Shown here: one piece after another, positions 26,909 through 35,150 of the stretch | How positions within the stretch are numbered: the first letter of the stretch is position 1 | Layout: each line of letters opens with the position of its first letter | Source: a virus | Taxonomy: Duplodnaviria; Caudoviricetes | DNA: 64,000 bases | Strand: one strand, 5' to 3' | Virus record (IMG/VR): IMGVR_UViG_3300011427_000001 | Span: 9,188-73,187 of that record | The notes under the pieces: model-generated | What the model saw: the letters and a program-made list of their open reading frames with translations, nothing else | Databases searched by the model: none | What the model was told of the DNA's origin: nothing | Program-made: the position numbers and the translations under genes

Positions 26909-27850
26909 TTATCCAACGTCGCCTACAAGCATGGGCTCCAGCCAAAGCGTTTTGCGCAGCGTGCGACCGGGTCCATAGGGTTGCCGAGTGAAGTGACCGC
27001 GACGCCAGTGCATGCGCACGTGACCACCCTGCGGCTCGAGTTTTTCAGTCCGCTGCACTGCATAGTTCTGCCCCACGATATTGGGCGACCAAAACTCACG
27101 GCGGGACTCCCCGGGACGCTTAGCTTTTACCGTACGCAAGCAGGTGCCCGGACTGACTTGGTCAGGGCGGGCGTTCATAACCAGCACGATTTTCATGGCC
27201 AATACTGTGAGCCATTGGTTGAACTTGGCCTCCTCATCGGCCATGGGAGCAGCCAGTTCGTCACCCTGTCGTTCAACCCAGTTGTTGGCATTGTCCACGT
27301 CCTGCACCCTTGATGAGTTTTCTGACAGTGACAGGTCGTACGTGTAAAGCTGGGGTGATTCGTGCACCAGGTACATCGAGATAAAGGCACCCAGCGGCAC
27401 GTTGCGCGAGAACCCCGGCAGGTGTGAATGTGTCAGCTTGCTGGCACTTTGCAAGCGACCCACGGCCACAAAAGCCACTTCGCCGCAGGTCGGGTGCTTC
27501 ACTGAACCCCGTTCAAAGATGAGAATCATCCCGGGGTGCGGCATGGGGGTATCGGTCCACCGCATGTCCATCGGCAAGCTCGTATTCGCACACGCATTGA
27601 CGATTGCGCTAGTGACAAAGAAGGTTGGCACCTTGTGCGCGTCCACACAGCATGCGGCCATAAATTGATTGCGGGCACCGGTGTTCTCAAGCCCCAGCTG
27701 CATGGCTGCGATGACCGCATTCGCTAGGCACACTGCTGGTATCCGCGGGCTGTGGAACTTGCCGAGGTTGTCGTAGCTGCGGGGATAGCATTTCTCCCAC
27801 AGCCCCGGGGCCGCAAGTCGAATGAACTTCTCCATCTCGTCGATACTCAT
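26909..27850 (-). CDS. conserved phage hypothetical protein
   Basis: C-terminal HWRRGHFTRQPYGPGRTLRKTLWLEP, a motif I recognise from phage early proteins of unknown function. Confidence 0.7.
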   Translation of the reverse strand: MSIDEMEKFIRLAAPGLWEKCYPRSYDNLGKFHSPRIPAVCLANAVIAAMQLGLENTGARNQFMAACCVDAHKVPTFFVTSAIVNACANTSLPMDMRWTDTPMPHPGMILIFERGSVKHPTCGEVAFVAVGRLQSASKLTHSHLPGFSRNVPLGAFISMYLVHESPQLYTYDLSLSENSSRVQDVDNANNWVERQGDELAAPMADEEAKFNQWLTVLAMKIVLVMNARPDQVSPGTCLRTVKAKRPGESRREFWSPNIVGQNYAVQRTEKLEPQGGHVRMHWRRGHFTRQPYGPGRTLRKTLWLEPMLVGDVG

Positions 27851-28302
27851 TTGCGAAGGCGTTGAAAGTAAAAGACCGCACTGTCACCAATGCTGCCCAC
27901 GACTGAGATGAGTTGCCATCCCAGCTTGCCAAGGTCGTTCAGCTCCTCTAAGGTGTCGGCCGCATCAGCCTCAGCGATCAAAGAGTGCATCTCGTACCCC
28001 TGCACCTGTTTGACCTCGGGTAGAATAATGAAGTCGGTCAGGTAGCCGTGCTGCACGACCCCGTCAGCAAAGGCATACGAAAATTTGAGACTGCTGTCTC
28101 CGTCCGGAATCGCAGCCACAATCTCAGCTTCCTGGTCCAGGTAGGTTATCATCCAATGATGCATGTTCCCCACTGCATTCTTCAACGTATGTTCCCGGGA
28201 CTGGCCCTTGGTCAGCATGTCGTCTACGTGTTTTTGGTAGCCGGGGAAGGCAAGGCGTACACGGCGCCCGATAAGATTTGTCATTGTCGATTTTGAGGCC
28301 AT
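27847..28302 (-). CDS. hypothetical protein with C-terminal DUF4177-like segment
   Basis: LEELNDLGKLGWQLISVV...FYFQR. Confidence 0.6.
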   Translation of the reverse strand: MASKSTMTNLIGRRVRLAFPGYQKHVDDMLTKGQSREHTLKNAVGNMHHWMITYLDQEAEIVAAIPDGDSSLKFSYAFADGVVQHGYLTDFIILPEVKQVQGYEMHSLIAEADAADTLEELNDLGKLGWQLISVVGSIGDSAVFYFQRLRK

Positions 28303-28328
28303 TAGATTCTTTCGTTTAGGTTGATGGG

Positions 28329-28380
28329 GGATTCTTCAGTGCAGGCGTTACCTGCAGACCCGCCTGTGCGGGTTTCGTCC
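28329..28380 (-). ncRNA. type II hammerhead ribozyme
   Basis: GGAC-GAAA-CCCGC(ACAG)GCGGG-UC|UGCAGG(UAACG)CCUGCA-CUGAAGA-AUCC; complete core; predicted cleavage between 28357 and 28356. Confidence 0.8.
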
Positions 28381-29097
28381 TTAGTTCTTTCCATGCACCG
28401 GCAACAGCGCTCGGAACTCGTTGATCTGATCCATCTGGGTCAGCGTCGGGCACTTCTTGACGATGTGCGTGAACGCATTGAGCAGCCCCCAGCTCGTCGG
28501 GACTGCATGATCACCAAACGTGGGGTGTCGGTACTCTTCGTCCACTTGCCCAATGCGGGACCACGGCATGATGCCCTGCCGGCCGCTCTCGACCAGCAAG
28601 TGCTCCACTTCCACGGGCGCCAGCTCCCGTTGCTGCAGGGCCTCGATCTTCCCCGGGAGCTCCAGCGCCTTCGCATGGTACGTATCCATCGCCCCCTCCA
28701 GTGCACTGAACAGGTCAAACCCGCTGGTGTGCTTGTTACACAGCACCACGTCCCCGCTCACCATCCCGTTGTTGCACACGAACACTCGCGTACCGACCAC
28801 GAGCTTGAGCTTGCGGCGCATCATGTTTGAGGTCAGAAACCCCAGCTCCAACGCCTGGCCGACCGGGAGCGTGACGTCGTTCACACGCAGTTGGAACGCC
28901 CCTGCGAGGTCGGCTCCATCTACGCTGAGCGAGAACTGCGACTTCTCGATGGTCCAGTTACGGGTCCGGCACTCATCTTCCACAGCATCAATCAGCATGC
29001 CGTGCGGGATGCCCTGCCAGAAGCTCTTGGCGTGGTTGGGACGCACGAGCGGGATTTGACGAACCTTTTCCAGTGTGGTGTTTGCGTTGCAGATCAT
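28381..29097 (-). CDS. DUF932-family protein
   Basis: GFLTSN...VGTRVFVCNNGMVSG...KHTS; strong leader AAAACCAACAGGAG. Confidence 0.7.
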   Translation of the reverse strand: MICNANTTLEKVRQIPLVRPNHAKSFWQGIPHGMLIDAVEDECRTRNWTIEKSQFSLSVDGADLAGAFQLRVNDVTLPVGQALELGFLTSNMMRRKLKLVVGTRVFVCNNGMVSGDVVLCNKHTSGFDLFSALEGAMDTYHAKALELPGKIEALQQRELAPVEVEHLLVESGRQGIMPWSRIGQVDEEYRHPTFGDHAVPTSWGLLNAFTHIVKKCPTLTQMDQINEFRALLPVHGKN

Positions 29098-29170
29098 GGT
29101 CTTGTCTCCTGTTGGTTTTGTTGTTACGGTTGTTCTTACTCGGTAAAAATAGTCGGTCTGTACCCTATTG

Positions 29171-29437
29171 TCAGTCCTGCTTCTTGGTCAGCTCTGCAAA
29201 GGTACCGTGCTGCACTGCGAACGCTCCGAAGTGCCTCGCTTCGGTCTCAAACTGTGAGGCTCTCAGTTCCGGCAAGTGCAACTCGACAACACTGCAGCCG
29301 CTCGCAGGTCTCCAGAACATGAAGTGGGAGAACACCGGCTTGTCGCCATTATGCGGGAGTGAGGTCAAGTACGTTACAAACGCACCGGCGCGCACATCTC
29401 CGGCGCGGAACTTGATGAGTAGACTGGTATAGTTCAT
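29171..29437 (-). CDS. hypothetical early protein
   Basis: A/C-rich leader; operon position. Confidence 0.55.
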   Translation of the reverse strand: MNYTSLLIKFRAGDVRAGAFVTYLTSLPHNGDKPVFSHFMFWRPASGCSVVELHLPELRASQFETEARHFGAFAVQHGTFAELTKKQD

Positions 29438-29467
29438 TGTGGTTTTGGTTTTGACTGACGTTGAAAA

Positions 29468-29713
29468 TTAGTACCCTCCAACGATTGGGAAGCCGCTGTC
29501 CAAGCCCAGCACTTGCAAGCAATCGGTGCCCAAGCAAATCACCGTCCAGCGACCTGCGTCGTTGCGGCAAATGATGTGTGGGACTGTGTTCGCTCCGCTC
29601 TCCGCCATCTTCTTGACCAGCATCTCGCGGGTGGCGTAGGACTTGATGTATTTGTTATTGAGGTCAATCACTTGACCCCGCGCCGTCCTTTGCTGTGTTG
29701 CTGTGTTTTCCAT
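29468..29713 (-). CDS. hypothetical protein, first gene of early operon 1
   Basis: ATG at 29713 follows the conserved leader CCAACGTGTGAAC; the longer ORF-track start overlaps the -10 box. Confidence 0.65.
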   Translation of the reverse strand: MENTATQQRTARGQVIDLNNKYIKSYATREMLVKKMAESGANTVPHIICRNDAGRWTVICLGTDCLQVLGLDSGFPIVGGY

Positions 29714-29787
29714 GTTCACACGTTGGACAGTTGTGATTGTGCGAGCAAGCAGTTTTGCCCGTAAGAAGTGCGTGCTTTTGTAAACCA

Positions 29788-29816
29788 AACATACCCAACG
29801 ACTTACCGACTGTCAA
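29788..29816 (-). promoter_or_regulatory. sigma70-type early promoter, copy 2 (TTGACA-17 nt-TATGTT)
   Basis: -35 at 29811-29816, -10 at 29788-29793; 31 of 34 nt identical to 2480-2513. Confidence 0.8.
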
Positions 29817-29837
29817 AGTTTGTCCAGAAAATAGGCT

Positions 29838-30119
29838 ATGATTGAAGAACTGCGCTTTGACCTCGTGCAAAAGTGTCTGATAGAAGAAGACCGTCGCTGT
29901 ATTACACTGGTCCGGCTGGTGGTACACGAAGAGCATCGAGGCATTGGTGTTGGGACTGCAGTGCTGCAGGAACTCAAACTGCAGGCCCGAAAGAAAGGCA
30001 AGACCTTGCGATTGGTAGTGGACCCTCAACTTGATGACACAGGACGTCAACGTCTCGTTCGCTTCTATCGCCAACGTGGCTTCCATCTGATGAGTGACGG
30101 AGAAACCATGATATACTGA
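29838..30119 (+). CDS. GNAT-family acetyltransferase-like protein
   Basis: HRGIGVGTAVL (motif A) and LVRFYRQRGF. Confidence 0.7.
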   Translation: MIEELRFDLVQKCLIEEDRRCITLVRLVVHEEHRGIGVGTAVLQELKLQARKKGKTLRLVVDPQLDDTGRQRLVRFYRQRGFHLMSDGETMIY

Positions 30120-31135
30120 TGATCGAAAAGCTCACGCTCGAAGACTTTCAAACGCACACCAGTCGCGTGGTGCAGCTCAACAACCCCATCACGGTCATCG
30201 TGGGCGACACCGATGTGGGTAAGTCTAGCATCATGCGAGCCGTGGCTTGGCTGGTATTCAACAAACCTGACAGTGACGCGTTCATCAATTGGGACGCAAC
30301 CAAGACCACCGTGACGTTGAAAGTCGATGGGCGCTGCATCATTCGAGAGCGTGGCAAGGGAGTGAACACCTACCAGGTAGATGACGTCCCGTACAAGGCC
30401 TTCGGTCGCGATGTGCCAGAAGAGGTGTCGCAACTCCTGCGCCTCGGCCCGGTCAACTTTCAGTTTCAGCACGATGCCTCGTTTTGGTTTTCCCAGTCGG
30501 CTGGTGAGGTCTCGAGGCAGCTGAATCACATTATCGACCTGAGCGTGATTGACAACACCCTGTCTGACATCGCGGCCAAACTGCGGCAGGTGCAGGAGCG
30601 GGTATCAGTGAGCGACCAGCGAGCAAAAGAACTCAAGGTCAAGCACGACACTCTCAAACCCATCACCGAGACTGATGCTGCTTTGGTAGGCGTCGAATCA
30701 GCGCACGACACGCTTGAACGCACGGTCCAGCAAAAGCAGCGTCTGTCCAAAATAATTGTTGATACCGAGGGGAACCAACAGCGTAGCCGCGAAGCGCAAG
30801 CATTCGTCAAGGCCGCGTCACAAGTCACGCAAGCGGCTGAGACCTTTCGCATCTTCAAGAACAAGGCGGACCTGTTGCATGATCTGATTTTGACCGTAAA
30901 GAGTTTCAAGCAAAAGGCCGAAGTCGCCCTGCCTGATTTCAGCAAGCTGACCAAAGCCAAAGCGGAATCCGACCGCGCAACAGCCCAGCGCAAGGCCTTG
31001 GAAGCAACCTACGTCAACGCCTATCGCAACCAAACGGTCTGGAACACTTCGACTATTGAAGCGAAACGAGTCCACCAACTGTTGCATGAAAAGACCGAGG
31101 GGCGCTGTGTGCTGTGCGGACACACGATACCATGA
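30119..31135 (+). CDS. SbcC/Rad50 N-terminal half (Walker A, coiled coil, zinc hook)
   Basis: LEDFQTH, GDTDVGKSSI, FQFQHD Q-loop, terminal CVLCG. Confidence 0.88.
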   Translation: MIEKLTLEDFQTHTSRVVQLNNPITVIVGDTDVGKSSIMRAVAWLVFNKPDSDAFINWDATKTTVTLKVDGRCIIRERGKGVNTYQVDDVPYKAFGRDVPEEVSQLLRLGPVNFQFQHDASFWFSQSAGEVSRQLNHIIDLSVIDNTLSDIAAKLRQVQERVSVSDQRAKELKVKHDTLKPITETDAALVGVESAHDTLERTVQQKQRLSKIIVDTEGNQQRSREAQAFVKAASQVTQAAETFRIFKNKADLLHDLILTVKSFKQKAEVALPDFSKLTKAKAESDRATAQRKALEATYVNAYRNQTVWNTSTIEAKRVHQLLHEKTEGRCVLCGHTIP

Positions 31136-32043
31136 CCAAACCCGTTGCCATCCTTTGCTCTGACCTGCACCTGCAGGAATCCGCTCCCGTGGCCCGTTCT
31201 GCAGAACCCGACTGGTACAAAGCCATGCTTCGGCCCATCAAGCAACTGCGTGACGCCGCTGCGAAGTACGACGTGCCGGTAGTGTGTGCGGGGGATGTGT
31301 TCGACTATTGGAAAGCCCCGCCCGAGGTCATCAACTTTGCTTTGGAAGAGCTGCCCGATATGTTTGCTGTCCCGGGACAGCATGACCTCCCACTGCATCA
31401 GATGCGAGACCTGCACAAGAGCGCCTTTGGCACATTGGTGCAAGCCGGTAAGATCAAGTTGTTACAATATGACAAGCCCTATCTCATCAAGGGTGCCTAC
31501 CTTTGGGGCTTCCCGTGGGATACTGAGTTGCGAGTACCCAATACACTTGATACCCGAAGCGGCAACTTGAATGTCGCAGTGGTGCACGCCTACGTCTGGC
31601 AGAAGGACGCAGGGTACCCCGGCGCCCCCGAAACGAAACGGGTAGGTTGCTACCACGACCAACTGAAAGGGTTTGATGTCGCAGTGTTTGGCGACAATCA
31701 CATTCCCTTCTTGCGTCACTTTGAAGACATGGCCGTGTTCAACCACGGTGGGTTCATGCGTCGCAAGATAAACGAGCAGGACCTGCAGCCCGCGTTCGGC
31801 TTGTTGATGAGCAACGGACGGGTGGAACTGCTCAAGCAGGATGTCAGCAAAGACCGTTTCATTGAACGCAAAGTCGACCCCGTGATAGAACAGGACGAAA
31901 AGTTCCTGCACACGTTTCTAGAAGAGTTGAACGCTCTGGGTCACACCAAGCTGGACTTCCTGGAAGCAGTGCAACACTACCTTCGCACGTACGAAATCTC
32001 CGACGGGGCACGGGAACTGATACTAGAAACAATCCACCGATGA
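31132..32043 (+). CDS. SbcD/Mre11 metallophosphoesterase nuclease
   Basis: SDLH, AGDVFD, PGQHD, VVH, GDNH motifs; start at 31132 gives an ATGA overlap. Confidence 0.9.
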   Translation: MTKPVAILCSDLHLQESAPVARSAEPDWYKAMLRPIKQLRDAAAKYDVPVVCAGDVFDYWKAPPEVINFALEELPDMFAVPGQHDLPLHQMRDLHKSAFGTLVQAGKIKLLQYDKPYLIKGAYLWGFPWDTELRVPNTLDTRSGNLNVAVVHAYVWQKDAGYPGAPETKRVGCYHDQLKGFDVAVFGDNHIPFLRHFEDMAVFNHGGFMRRKINEQDLQPAFGLLMSNGRVELLKQDVSKDRFIERKVDPVIEQDEKFLHTFLEELNALGHTKLDFLEAVQHYLRTYEISDGARELILETIHR

Positions 32044-32288
32044 TTGATCTCAAGACCTATGAAAAGTTGAAAGCGGCCGTTAACGAGAAGCAACGGGAAG
32101 CGGACCGCGCCAAAGGTGCGTTTGACCAGAACGTCAAACAGCTGAAGGAGGAGTTCGGTTGCAACAGCTTGAAGGAAGCACGCGACAAGCTCGAGCAACT
32201 GACAGCATCGGAAGAGAAAGCCGAACAGGAATATGATCGGCTACTACGTGACTTCCAGCGGGAGTGGTCTCATGTCGTCTCCACTTGA
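32040..32288 (+). CDS. 82-aa coiled-coil protein (possible middle piece of SbcC)
   Basis: Continuous heptad-like charged helix; coupled to both neighbours. Confidence 0.65.
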   Translation: MIDLKTYEKLKAAVNEKQREADRAKGAFDQNVKQLKEEFGCNSLKEARDKLEQLTASEEKAEQEYDRLLRDFQREWSHVVST

Positions 32289-32847
32289 CACCTACCGTTC
32301 GCAAGTGAACGAAAAGCTGATGCAGTTCCGCGCCGCGAAGGAGTCATATCAAACTGAATGGGATGCACTGACCAAGGCCGAGGACCTGTTGACCAACACG
32401 CTCGAGGCGCAGAAGGTTCTGCAAGCCGTAGCGCAGACCGTGCAACAGCAAGCGCACGACCGCATCGCTGGAGTGGTGACCCGCTGCCTCGAGGCGGTCT
32501 TCCCCGACGACCCCTATGAGTTCAAGATCCTGTTCGAACAGAAACGGGGGCGTACCGAAGCAAGGCTCGTGTTTATGCGCCGGGGACACGAGGTCGACCC
32601 TCTTACCGCAAGCGGTGGAGGGGCGGTAGACGTAGCTGCGTTTGCTTTGCGGGTCTCGTGCATAATGCTGTCCAAACCCCCGGTAAGGCGGATACTCTTT
32701 CTCGATGAACCCTTCCGCTTCGTCTCGGTCAAGTATCGGGACCGAGTGCGACGCATGCTCGAAGCTCTGGCTGACGACCTCAAGATGCAGTTCGTCTTCT
32801 CCACCCACATGCCGGAGCTCCGGACGGGTGAGATAATTCAGCTCTAG
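32272..32847 (+). CDS. SbcC/Rad50 C-terminal half (signature, Walker B, H-loop)
   Basis: TASGGG signature, LFLDEPF, FSTH; N-terminal coiled coil. Confidence 0.88.
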   Translation: MSSPLDTYRSQVNEKLMQFRAAKESYQTEWDALTKAEDLLTNTLEAQKVLQAVAQTVQQQAHDRIAGVVTRCLEAVFPDDPYEFKILFEQKRGRTEARLVFMRRGHEVDPLTASGGGAVDVAAFALRVSCIMLSKPPVRRILFLDEPFRFVSVKYRDRVRRMLEALADDLKMQFVFSTHMPELRTGEIIQL

Positions 32848-32855
32848 ATGGTAAA

Positions 32856-32881
32856 GGCGTGCTGTTGCGACGCAGCACGCC
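32856..32881. terminator. hairpin at the junction of convergent operons
   Basis: GGCGTGCTG/CAGCACGCC 9-bp stem; TTT follows on the minus strand. Confidence 0.6.
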
Positions 32882-32944
32882 AGTCCCCCACCCCTAGGAA
32901 CGAAGTACCCACAACAACAAACCTAGGAGCGGAAATTCTTCCTG

Positions 32945-33109
32945 TCACCCCGCTCTGGGCATCTTGATTGCCACAATAGCCCATGCGACCGCGTCCACTA
33001 CAGCCAGGGCCCGCAAAATGAAGTCACTGTACTCAATGCGCAGGTTGGTAATCCCCAGCAGACCGAACAGCAACAGGAAGCAAGCCAGCAGTATGATTGC
33101 GATTTTCAT
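32945..33109 (-). CDS. small two-TM membrane protein, 54 aa, holin-like (not in the ORF track)
   Basis: Hand translation MKIAIILLACFLLLFGLLGITNLRIEYSDFILRALAVVDAVAWAIVAIKMPRAG; A/C-rich leader. Confidence 0.6.
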   Translation of the reverse strand: MKIAIILLACFLLLFGLLGITNLRIEYSDFILRALAVVDAVAWAIVAIKMPRAG

Positions 33110-33158
33110 GTGATTTGGTTTTTTGGTTCTACTTTTCAGCCAAGCAGCAGACGTGAAA

Positions 33159-33620
33159 TTATTTTTTCAGATACAAAGAAATTGCCACAATTACACTGAT
33201 CACTGAAATTGTAGCCATAACCAAGTTTGGTATCAACCCGAGATAGAAGCCCTGTTGGCTCATCTTACCACTCGACGCTCCCTGTTCGATGCTGCGAGCC
33301 TCTCGTAGAACGGTAATATCCACCCTGAGTAATCGCACCTCTCGTTCCAACTGTTCCCGAAGAAGGGTCAATGATGTCTCCGTTTCCTTGCGGGGCATCA
33401 AGGTTGCCGCTTGATCAGAAAGCTGCCCTCGAAACTCATTGGCCCGTTCCCTTTGTTCTTGGGCAGTCGATTCAGCTTTCGTGATTGCTACTTTGCTGGC
33501 TTCATAGATCGCAGCGTTGTATTTATCTGACGCAGCAAAATGATCGGTGTAACGCCGATCACGCTCGTCAAGCAAACGCATTACCTCATTCACCATTAGG
33601 ATTCGATTTCTTTCTTTCAT
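33159..33620 (-). CDS. coiled-coil protein with C-terminal TM helix (lysis module)
   Basis: AITKAES...RANEFRGQLSDQ segment; hydrophobic C-terminus; start reassigned to MKERN. Confidence 0.65.
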   Translation of the reverse strand: MKERNRILMVNEVMRLLDERDRRYTDHFAASDKYNAAIYEASKVAITKAESTAQEQRERANEFRGQLSDQAATLMPRKETETSLTLLREQLEREVRLLRVDITVLREARSIEQGASSGKMSQQGFYLGLIPNLVMATISVISVIVAISLYLKK

Positions 33621-33627
33621 GGGGAAT

Positions 33628-34032
33628 TCAGTTACCTCCGTCTCTTCCGCTCTTAGCGTCATCCCTTCTACCATTGAGCGCGCGAATGTCAGCGTCCTGC
33701 CGAGCATCCGTTATGTCTTTTTGATTACGCCAACGACTCCATTCCCCATTGTTAGAAGATGTTTCCTCTTTCAACTCCCTAATCGCGACCCGGGCATCGG
33801 TAATGCCTAGTGTCAAGGTATCTTTCAGATGGGCACTCTCCAGCCTCATCAAAGTTTGAGCATTAGCCAAGTCTGTCTGAGTGTCCTTGATGTTGTTCAG
33901 TAAAACTAACACGGCAGCGGTACCCACAGCTACGGCAGAGATTAGTCCCCAAAATTGGGGCAAAGATAATCTCACGCGGGTCAGGTCTGGGACAATATCA
34001 CCGTGTTCATTTTTTCTGGTTGGGTGTGTCAT
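33628..34032 (-). CDS. membrane protein (N-proximal TM plus coiled coil), i-spanin/holin-like
   Basis: FWGLISAVAVGTAAVLVLL followed by a helical region. Confidence 0.6.
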   Translation of the reverse strand: MTHPTRKNEHGDIVPDLTRVRLSLPQFWGLISAVAVGTAAVLVLLNNIKDTQTDLANAQTLMRLESAHLKDTLTLGITDARVAIRELKEETSSNNGEWSRWRNQKDITDARQDADIRALNGRRDDAKSGRDGGN

Positions 34033-34043
34033 GAAATCTAAGG

Positions 34044-35147
34044 TTACGCCGCCTTTTTACGTTTGGCAATCGCTCTGAGCTCTAGAATTAAGGCCTTCTG
34101 GTTATCATCCAGCGTGCTGCTCATTTGACCGAAGATGGGATCTTCGTTGGGGGTTTCCTTCAAGTGAATGAGTTCAGACAACTTGGTAAGGGTGGCTTCT
34201 GCTTCCGTGGCGTCTTTGTCGAGCGTCTTGCGCTCCTTGTTCTCGCGCCACTCGCTCCAAAGGTAGCCTGCAATGCCGAGCACACTCAAAGAGCCACCCA
34301 CGATGACGACCCACTTGAACCACCACTGGTTAATCGTCCACGCGCACGCAAAGCAAAACGCAGCGGCTCCCGCAAAGACCCCGGCCTTGGTTAGTGAGCC
34401 AATCAGGTTGCCCGCTTGCACGCCTGTGTAGGCAATGAACGCTCCAATGAGAATGAGCACGACACCCGCCCCAATTAGCCACTTGCCCATGCTCCGCATG
34501 AATGCTTTGCGCTCCTTATCCAGCTCCCCTTCGTAATACGACTTCTGGTTATTGAGCACAGTCTGATTGGCGATGCGGTTCTCTTCCAGTTTGGCCAGGT
34601 GGTCAGCGGTCGCCTTCTTCAACTGTGCTTGAGCGAAGTCCCGGTCCCGGTCCGATTGAGCCTTCTGCTCCTGAAGGGTTGCGAGGTCACCCACCAATTG
34701 CATTGCCGCAATGTTACCCCTCTCATACGCCTTGCGTGCCTCCTCCGCTTTCCCCGCCTCGACAAGGGCCTTTCTTTGCGCGGCAGCGACCGCTTCAACG
34801 GGGTCCTCCTGCACATCCGCCAGCTTGGCTTGTGCTAGTCCAAGCTCTCCATCCACGATAACCTTTGGTGGACCGTCGGGGTTGCTCTTGTTCTCTTCCC
34901 GGGCTGCGGTGACATTGGCTTTGACTTCCGCTGCCCTTGCTTGGTTCTTGGCCTGCAGAGCCACGTTCGCCTCTTCACTCCTTTTGACCGCAGCGGCCAC
35001 GGCTGCATCAGCATCAACCAACGGGGCCGTTTGCCCCAACGTGGCAGTGGGCTTCGCTGGTGGTATTGGCTTGGACCAGAAACAAGCTGACACCAACGTC
35101 AGCAGAATTAGCGACAGGACAAAGATGCCAGCTTGTTTCTTGGTCAT
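34044..35147 (-). CDS. lipoprotein with long coiled coil and three C-terminal TM helices
   Basis: Signal peptide ending LVSA-C; about 200 aa of Ala/Glu/Lys/Gln-rich helix; three hydrophobic segments. Confidence 0.7.
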   Translation of the reverse strand: MTKKQAGIFVLSLILLTLVSACFWSKPIPPAKPTATLGQTAPLVDADAAVAAAVKRSEEANVALQAKNQARAAEVKANVTAAREENKSNPDGPPKVIVDGELGLAQAKLADVQEDPVEAVAAAQRKALVEAGKAEEARKAYERGNIAAMQLVGDLATLQEQKAQSDRDRDFAQAQLKKATADHLAKLEENRIANQTVLNNQKSYYEGELDKERKAFMRSMGKWLIGAGVVLILIGAFIAYTGVQAGNLIGSLTKAGVFAGAAAFCFACAWTINQWWFKWVVIVGGSLSVLGIAGYLWSEWRENKERKTLDKDATEAEATLTKLSELIHLKETPNEDPIFGQMSSTLDDNQKALILELRAIAKRKKAA

Positions 35148-35150
35148 CGG

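Noticed and set aside
30087-30105. CTGATGA...GAAA on the plus strand resembling a second hammerhead
   Set aside because: Stem II cannot form (G10.1 faces A), there are no stems I or III, and it lies within coding sequence.
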